Source of the DNA: Rubripirellula sp.
Lineage (GTDB): Bacteria > Planctomycetota > Planctomycetia > Pirellulales > Pirellulaceae
Direction: 5' to 3'
Assembly: GCA_965216875.1 (NCBI GenBank)
Contig: OZ244207.1
Coordinates: 6,368,001-6,432,000 of the forward strand
Length of the DNA stretch: 64,000 nt
Each line of letters starts with the position of its first letter. Position 1 is the first letter of the stretch. The notes beneath the pieces were generated by a model. It made no database searches. It saw nothing but the letters and a program-made list of their open reading frames with translations, and was not told the origin of the DNA. The position numbers were made by a program, and so were the translations under genes. Positions 42,639-51,900 of this stretch are shown here, in pieces.

Positions 42639-42897
42639 TGTGTTCTCGCAGGTAATATGATTCGTTCATACGCTAGGACTGGGGCAACCCGAGCGTTCGG
42701 GTTTGTCACTAGAACGGACACATGCGCGATAATTGGCATGACCGGTCTTATTCTTCGACATCGGATGATCAAATCACCATGTTTGGGGGCCTCGAACACA
42801 GACCTCCCCCGATCGGTGCGCTTCTCCGAATCGTTAAAGCTTGCCTAGCTTCCTGCGGGGTCGCACAAAACCACGTGATTTCCGCTATTTGCGCAGC

Positions 42898-42929
42898 AAA
42901 ATCGCCGGCCTGATTTCAGACCGGCGATT
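42898..42929 (-). terminator. Probable Rho-independent terminator of the giant gene
   Basis: Imperfect stem AATCGCCGG.CTGA/TCAG.CCGGCGATT with an A4 run, 29 bp after the stop. Confidence 0.65.
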
Positions 42930-42957
42930 CGAGTGTCGATAGATCTCAACTTGATCG

Positions 42958-45900
42958 TTAAGACTTCACGCGCTGTTGTTCCTGGTCAGATGCCAACAGC
43001 GAGATCAGGTCATCATCCTCATCATCGTCCAAGTCGCCCAAGACGTCGTCGGCAGCGGTGGCCCATGAGACTGATTCTGCGTTGAGGCTTGCCGCATTGT
43101 TGATGACCGCCAGACCGTTGATCACGCGAAGGGCGTCAAGCGACGTGATGTCGCCATCGCCACTGGCATCAAGACGGTAACCGCCAAGTGAGGAAACCAC
43201 GCGAAGTGGGTTCGAGCCAGGATCGAAGTCCGTTCGGTTCAACGCGTTGATCACGACCAAGGCGTCACGTGCAGTGACTTTGCCGTCAACGGTTGTGTCG
43301 AGCGGGTTCAGGTCGTTGGTCAATTCAGCGAGGAACGAAGTGCCTCCCGAATCGCCGACCACTGGTGGGTCGAAGTTGCCGAACAATGGCAGTGCAAAGT
43401 CATCGCCAAACTGGGCGTGCAAGTCGTTACCCAGTGGTGCTGGGCTAAACAGGTTGAACACCGAGCTTGGGTTTGCCGCGACGTTGTCGCTGATCAGGAA
43501 GTGGAATTCACCAGCTTCCTTAGGCAACTGACCTTCTTGGTGTGGCACCCAAAGTCCAATGTCGTCGATGCCATCAAGGTTGTAGTCACCGGCAACTGGC
43601 TTTTCGCCGAAGCCTGGGAATCCAAAGTGATTGATCACATCGTCAACGGTTCCGTCACGATCCAAGTCGAATTGGAATTGGCCTTGCAGGGTACCGGCAC
43701 CGTCGGAGTCGTAGACGGCAAGGTCATCAAACCCGTCACCGTTGAAGTCACCGACGAATGGAACACCTCGCAGATTCGATGGAAGGATTTCGCCCGCATC
43801 GATGACGTTGTTACCGTTGGTGTCGAGATACCAGTTTTGGCCATCGAACAATCCAATCTCGTCGCCAGGATGGGCGGCGTTGAAATCACCCGCGACCGGA
43901 ATCGCAGCGATTTGGAATGCCGAGTTACTGACGAAGTCGCCAACGCCATCATCATCGGTGTCGAGCAAGAATTGGTAGACACCGTTGAACCGGCCGTAAG
44001 CACCAAGCTTGTCGAAGCCACTTGCGGTGACCGCGGCAGCGTCCGAGAAGTTTCCGGTGAAGTAGGCGTCGGTGATTTCACCAAAGTTGAAGACAAAGTC
44101 ACGATTGGTCGCGTCGTTGTCTTCGCCCTCTGGATCGTAAACAAAGTTGCCGTTGATGTCGGCGTAGACAACACCTTGTGACCAAGTCGCGATTTCAGGA
44201 CGGCTGTCCACGGTGAAGCGAGCGATGAAGTCGCCACCTGGGATTGCGTCACCGGTTGGGAAGAACGGTGTGCCGATTGGCTCGGCAGCATCGTTTTCGC
44301 CATCGAGCTGGTTGCCAGCTGGGTCAATCACGTTGTCCTTGAGCGTCAACGTGAACCGGTCATCTGGAAGCGGGCTGGAGAAGTTCAGCACGATCTCGCC
44401 CGTTGCCACACCTGGTCCGCTGTTGGTGTCGATGTAGCCCCAGCTTTCGATCGCGATCGGTCCGCTGTGGTCACCCACGAGGACGACAGGTGCCAACGGT
44501 GGCACGTTCGAAAGAGCCGGGTACAAGAACGCCGCAACACGAGGTGGCAGGTCTTGAACCGAAATCGTCAAGCTGTCGACTCGCGGAGTCGGTTCCGGAG
44601 TGTCTGGCTTGAGGTTGAAGATGTTGAACGCAGGATTGCCGGTGATGAAGACATCGGTCACTTGAGGACCTTGAGTGTCGACAAAGATATTGAGCGTCAC
44701 ATTCGCGTTCGGGTCGGTGATGTTGCCAGCAACATCTTCGGCCGAAAGCAAGATCGTTCGCAGTCCATCTTTTGCCAATCCGAGGGCGGTCAAGATTCGC
44801 GGGTCGTTCATGTTGACCGTGGAAGTGACTTCCCACTGACCGCCCGGTTCGTTTGGCTGAGCGGGAGTTCCCAATTGCTCGGTGCCATCGAGCGGCGTTG
44901 CTGTGGATTGCCCGATCAACAGGTCGTTAGCAGTCAGGGTGCCAGTGCCATCCATGTCGACGTAAAGTCGGATGATCGCATTGGCTTCCGCACGACCGAA
45001 GAACGTTGGTACTTCGACGTTGGTGATGTGGTCAACCAATGTCAACGGAAGTGCCGCGTCACCACTGTCACTGTTCGGGTGCAATCCGTCAGTTGCAGAT
45101 GCTGCCAAACCAAAGACGACTTCGGGCTCGGTGGTGTCAACAACGATCTCGAGCGATGCACTACGCTCGCCGTAGGCCGTCTGTTGAGGGTTGGCCGGGT
45201 CGATCATTTGGACGCGTGCCGACAGGAAGTGACTACCTTCGCTGAGAGCAAGCCCGTTTGGTACGGTGAACTCGTAGACGCCTTGTTGGCCAGCAACTGC
45301 TGTCGCGAAACCGAGAGGTGTCTGAACTGGATTGCCGGTTTGCGGAGGCGTGTTGCCTTCGTCAAAGATCGCAATCGCAAAACCTGGGTCTGTTGGTTGA
45401 GCGACACCCGCGCGGAACGGAATCACAATCGTTTCATCCGGTGGCGAATTCGTTCCCGGAGGCGTGTTGCCTTGGATGTCGTTCAGGAAGACGCCGTCAT
45501 CGAGTCGGAAGTAGATCGTTGGCGTGTCATCGTAAGTGATGTTGTCGAACTGTGACCGACCGGTATCGCTGTTGGCCGACGTTCCAGGAGGGTTCGTCGT
45601 GCCGTCGGCTGGGTTGTCGAGCAATTCCAGGTCGAATGGAACTGGCGGTGCGTGGTTTACGATCGAGAAGTTGTAAACGTTGATCGCATCGCCGTTGCCA
45701 ACCACTTCAAGGTAGTACGTTTGGCCTTCGACAGCTGGAATGCGTACGCGTTCGTCATCATCGGCGTCGTTCGCACCAAAACCGGCGATCACGTTGCCAG
45801 CGGCGTCCCGAACGTTGATGTCCAAGTTGCCGTCGTTCGGCAGGCCGGGGCGTCCACTTGCCAGAGCAGCAACCTGACGGAAGTAGACTTGGAAGTCGAG

Positions 45901-48900
45901 CGTTCCGGTCGCTTCGGCAACGACGCGATAGTAGTCGCTGTCGCCACCAAAGTTTTGTCCATCACCAAACGGATCGGCCAGCGGACCTGGGTCGATCGTT
46001 GGGTCGACATTGATCGTGTCACCGCTGCCAAGGTAGGTCGCGGTGAAGCGATCGTCGTTGCTTTCGAACGGATCGTGTTTGAAGACGACCAGTTGGCTGC
46101 CGGCTGGGTCGTTCGTGATCGCAGTGCCGTTTTCATCGACGAAGTCAATGTTTTCAACACCCGAGAAGACGGCCAACAGAGGTTCGGCGTTTCCAGGTCC
46201 AACTTGGACCGTGCCACTGTCGTTGGCTTGGCCCTTGCGATAAAGGACAAGGTCGTCGGTGCCTTCGTCTACGACGATCAATCGATCGCTTGTCGCGTCC
46301 GATCCGCCTTCGACTGTCATTCGCAAGGCATCGGCGTTGGCGTTAACGCCGTGTGCGTCGAGCCAATTGACTCGAACCAAGTCGGCGCCATTGCCGCCAA
46401 CGATTCGAGCTTCTTCGACGGTTTGGACACCCGCAACAACGACCAGTGTGTCGGTTTGAGCGTCGCCATTGACTGTGTGCTCGAGCGTTGTTGGGGCTGA
46501 TTGGAAGACGTCGATCACATCAGCACCACCGGTGCCTTCGATCAAGATCGTGTCGAAGCCGTCACCACCATCGATGGTGTCGTCGCCGGCGCCACCGACG
46601 AAGGTGTCTTCACCCGCACCACCGATCAGCAAGTCGTTGCCGGCACCACCTTGAAGGAAGTCGTCGCCAGCACCACCGATCAAAATTGCATCAGCACTGA
46701 GGATGTCATCGCCAGCGTCGCCTTCAAGGGTGATCGCAATGACGGCTTCGGTTCCATCAGCGGCCTTCAGATCGTCATCGCCTTCTTGGCCGTGGACGTG
46801 AAGCGTGTCAGCTCCGCCGACGCCACCGATTTGGACGAAGACCGAAGCACCTTCGATCACTGTCGCGCCACCTTGGACGGCGACATCAATGTTGTCGTCG
46901 CCAGCGGTGCCGTGCACGTCGATGTAGTCATCGCCGAGTCCATCAAGGACTTCCACCGAAGCAACAGCGGTTGCGGCCAAGTCAGTACCTTGGCTGATTG
47001 CAACACCACCACCCACCGGGCTGTCGCCGCGGCTTGTGGCGTCGACTTGGTTGTTGATGACGATGTTGTCGTTGCCATCGCGAGCGTCGACGTAAACCGA
47101 TTCAACATCGCCCGTGTTCAAGAAGACTTGGCCGGCGTTGAGTTCGAAGATCGCGCGGGTGCTGTTTTCCAGCGTTTGTGGCGGGAAGATGCCTGCGGGG
47201 TCGTCGGTCGACAGGCCGCCACCGTAAAGCTGCAACAGGTTGCTCGCGTCGTTGGCGATGAAGATCAACTGGTCGGTTTCGCCAGCACCACCTTCCATCA
47301 GATCACTGCCGTCGCCGGCGATCCAGCGAAGTTGATCGCTGCCGTCGCCGCCAAAGAATTGGTCAGCACCTTGTGCACCTTCAAGGAGGTCGTCGCCATC
47401 ACCACCGTCGAGAATGTCGCCCAAGCTACCACCGATCAGGATGTCATTCCCCGATCCACCACGCAGGACAAGCGAGATCGGTGTGGTTGTCGCGACGGTG
47501 TTGTCGGCGTTGCGCGTGGTCGCGATCGCTTCGTCCGCACCGTTGCCGCCTTCGAAGACGGTTGGGATGGTCAAGCCTTGCAGGGCTGAGGTATCGTCGC
47601 CGTCGCCCGCGTCGATGTCGATCTGTTCGACGTTCGATGGGACAACCGTGCCAGCGATCAAGCCGCTGACGGTAATGGTTCCGGCCGCTTCGCTCAGGTC
47701 CAAGATGTCGTTTGCTGATGTGCCTTGGTAGAGCAGGTTGTCGAATCCAACGCCGCCATCGACGGTGTCATCGCCACCGCTGATCACGATCGTGTCATCT
47801 TCACTGCCACCAGTAATCGCTTGGTTCTTGTCACTGCCAGAGATCGTGTCGCTGCCTGCGCCACCGTCGGCGGTGTTGAAGTCGCCGGTGATCGCATCGT
47901 CGCCAGCACCACCGTTAACGGTTGTGTCGATCGGCAATCCGGTTTCGACGTTTGCGGTGTCGTTGCCTTCGCCGAGGTTCAAGACCAACGTGTCTTCACC
48001 AGCGACGGAATCGCTAATCGAGACGTCGTAGGTCAGGCCGGTGATCGCAACCGTTCCTGAAACGTTGATTGAATCATCGTCGCTGCGAGTGGCGACGGTG
48101 ACGGTATCGCCTTGGCCGCCAGCAGGCAGGTCGACGGAAACTTCAGAGACTTCAGTGCCGAACAGGTCGTTCACTGTGACGGTCGATGCGGCACCGTCGC
48201 CAGGGGCGACAACGATCGTTTCGACGCCAGCCACGTTGATCACGGCGGCGTTGAACATTGCGTCAACGTGTCCGTTGTCATTGGACAAGGTGAATGTATC
48301 GCCAGCTTGACCGCGTCCTCGGAATTCGAAGACGTCGGCGGCGTCATCACCGCCGCTGATCGTGTCTTGGCCATCACCTGGTTCCCAGATGAACAAGTCG
48401 ATTCCGTCGCCGCCCGAGAAGATGTCGTTACCGGGGTCTTGTGCACCCGCAGCCGCGCCACCAATCGTGTCGTTGCCGATGCCGCCGTAAACGGTGTCTG
48501 CTCCACCGCCACCGACGAGATCATCGTTGCCTTCGTTACCGAAGATCGTGTCAGCTTGCAGGCCACCAACGATCGTGTCGTTGCCGGCACCACCCGAGAC
48601 AGTGATGCTGACATCGAGCGCACTTAGGTCGATGTTGTCGTCACCACCCAGACCCGAAAGCGAAACCGCTTCGATGCCTGTGCCCAAGGTGACGGTGCTG
48701 CCATCGACAGTGATCGACGCCGCAGCTGCGGTGACAACATCCGTCAATTCATCACCGAGAACGTTGATGTTGTCGACGCCCCCGCCACCGTTGATGGTCG
48801 TCGTTGTTGCGTTTTCGTAGTTGAACGAAACTGTCGGCGATCCGTTGTGAGCAAAGGTGCCAGCGCCCGCGGCGGTTGGTGTGATATCGATCGTGTCGTT

Positions 48901-51900
48901 GCCAGCTGTACCTTCGACGGTCAGCGTGTTGCCAGCGTTGATGTTGACCGTTTCAACACCTGAATACGAAACGGGACCGAAACCGGCTTCGGTGATGGTC
49001 TGAGCATCGAGGTCAAGGGTGACCGCGCCCGCACCGCTGCCGACAAAGTCGAGCACGTCGCTGCCGATCGCAGGTGCACCCGCTTCGACGAGCACGTTCT
49101 CAAAAGGATGGTTGCCGGGGATTTGGAATTCGTCGTCGCCGCCAAGACCGTTGACCGAAAGGTTGCGAATGCCCGGTGTCTCGACCACGACCACTTTGTT
49201 TGCCGAGGAGACGGCAACCAACTCTTGCGTGACGATGCGCCCGGCCGCGTCAATGTTGACGACGTCGGCGGTTGCAGTGCCTTGGTAGATCAAGTCATCG
49301 GCTCGACCACCGCCTTCGTCTTGGAAGGTGATCGAAGAGTCGGCGGTTCCGACATCCAGGTCACGGTATTCGATTCCGACGAATGAATTACCGGCGGGAT
49401 CATTGATCGCGACGCTGCCGTTATTGGGGATGTCGCCCGTGGTCAACGAAATCTGTTGTAGACCCGATGGGGTTTCGACCACCAAGTCGTCGCTGCCACC
49501 TTGGCTGACATAAACGATTCCTTCCGCACCCGATACGGTCAGTTCGGGACGCAATGGATCCGCTTCGGTGATGTCCGCACCGTCAACAGTAAGCTCATCG
49601 ATCGTGACCGTGTCGGTTGCCGTCGTGCCGTTGACGACGACCAAGTCGCCGTCGGCTGAGGGCCCGCCACCGTCAACGTTGATTTCGCCAAGCTCGTCAG
49701 GTTGGCTTGGGTGATTCAAGTTGATTTCATCGCTGCCCGACCCACCGTCGATATTCATGACTTCGAAGTTCGCAAATTCAAGCGATTCGAATCCGTCGAC
49801 TGTGATCAATCCAGTGATCGCTCCTGCAAAGACGATATCAGCGGGGTCGTTACTGTTGGGGCCTTCGCTGTAGTTGATCGAGTTCGCAGCGTTGAGAGCT
49901 TGTGGGAAGCCAACACCGAGAGGAGCTGAGGCGATGTTGAGAATGTTGTTGCCACCAACGGGTGCAAGCACTTGAAGAGGTTCGAGTCCAAAGAACTCGA
50001 CGCTTTGCACCACTTGGTTGTCGACATGGAACAACGCTCCGTCGCCACTTTCCGATCCTGGGTTGTAAACCACTTCGGTCGTGGTGGTGAAACCAACGGA
50101 TCGAATGGTGTCGAAGCCACCAGGTGTTGGGAAGGCTGGCGGTCCGAGCGGTCCACCGGTGCCGTCGCCGTCAAAGACGATGTTCGAACCGATCAGTCCG
50201 TTGGAGTTGTCAATGACAAGTGTGTCGTCGTCAGCCGAACCACGGATAACAATTTCGCCGGTGGTCGCGCGAGGCTGGCTGAACACGAGACGCGAGTTGA
50301 TCAGGATCTGGATGTCGCCGGTCAGACCGGTGTCATCATTTCGGATCACAAACTCGTCGGCGTTGCCGTCGCCCGCGGTCCCGATCGCCAAGTCGTCGGC
50401 GTCGATGACGAAACCGTTCAAGACTGCTTCGACCGCACCGATGTCGTCTGCACCGCCCTGTGGACGTGAAAGGTCACGTTGATCTTCTTGCAAGCTGGTC
50501 AATCCGAACCCAATCGCCGCACTGCCAACTGCTGGAAGATGCGTCGGAGCGGCACTGCCGACCGCAGGAATGAATGGGCCGCCATTGTCGGCAAGCGGAA
50601 GCAACAAGGCATCCGCCGAGAAAATCGTGTTTCGAGTCAAACCGGTGAGCGTTCCATTGTCGGCGTCGCCGGTCAAGTTGAAGTCCAGGCTGTCAATATT
50701 TCCGGCGAGGTTCGCTTCGTTCGTCAGGCCAGTGTTCGCTGGGCCTGGGTTCTGAGCAACGATTGTGTTTTCGATCGTGACGCCGCCACTTCCACCTTGG
50801 ATACCCGCACCAATACCAGTCGAGGCATCGTTGAGTGTGATGGTGACGCTGTCGAGGCTGATCGAACCACCATCGACGTTGAAGATACCGCCACCGTCAC
50901 TGCCGGTAGCTGTATTGCCGGAGATCGTTGTGTTGGTGACGGTGAACGTCCCTGATCCCGAATTCCAAAGTCCGCCACCTTCGACCGCGGTATTGTCGTG
51001 AATGGTCGAGCCATCAATGGTGACGTTGCCGCCGCCCGAGATGTGGATACCGCCGCCGTTACCGGGACTTGAACCAGCGTCGTTAGACGCGATCACCGAG
51101 TTGGTGACATTGAATCGCGTTCCACCGTTGTCCTCGATACCGCCGCCCGCTCGCTGTGCGGAGTTGTCAGCGATCAAAGAGTCAACGATCGAAACCGAAC
51201 CACCAAGGTTCAAGATTCCACCACCACTACCGGCGGCACCATCGGCTGTGTTTTCACTAATGCTGGCGTTCGCGATGTTGATCACGCCACCGTTGTTGAA
51301 GATACCGCCGCCACCATCATCGGCTGCGTCACCACTTGCCGTGTTTCCAGAGATGGTGACGTTGGTGATGGTCATCGTTCCGCTGCCGTTCCAAAGACCG
51401 CCACCTTCGAGAGCTGCGGAATTACCCGAGACCGTTCCTCCGGTGATCGAGACGTCACCAGCGCCGGTGACGTGCACGCCACCGCCGTTACCCGGAGCGC
51501 TGCCGGTGATGTTGTCGGCCAGCAACGAATTGGAAATTTGCAATCCAAGTCCCGCTCCTGATGCATCCTCGATGCCACCACCAGCGCGACTTGCGGTGTT
51601 GCCCGCAATGATGGAACTGAAGACTTGAACCGTGCCGCCGGTGACATTCAAGATGCCACCACCGCTGCCGCTTGAACCATCGGCGACGTTGTCGGTGATG
51701 TTCACATTGGTGACGACCAAGCCGCCACCGTTATTGAAGATACCGCCACCGCCATCATCGGCTGCATCGCCACTTGCCGTGTTGCCGTCGATCGTTGTCC
51801 CGATCACGGTCATTGTGCCGCTACCGTTCCAAAGACCGCCGCCCTCGAGCGCGGCGAAGTTGCCACTTGCCGAGCCGCCATCGATAATCGAAGCAGCGGG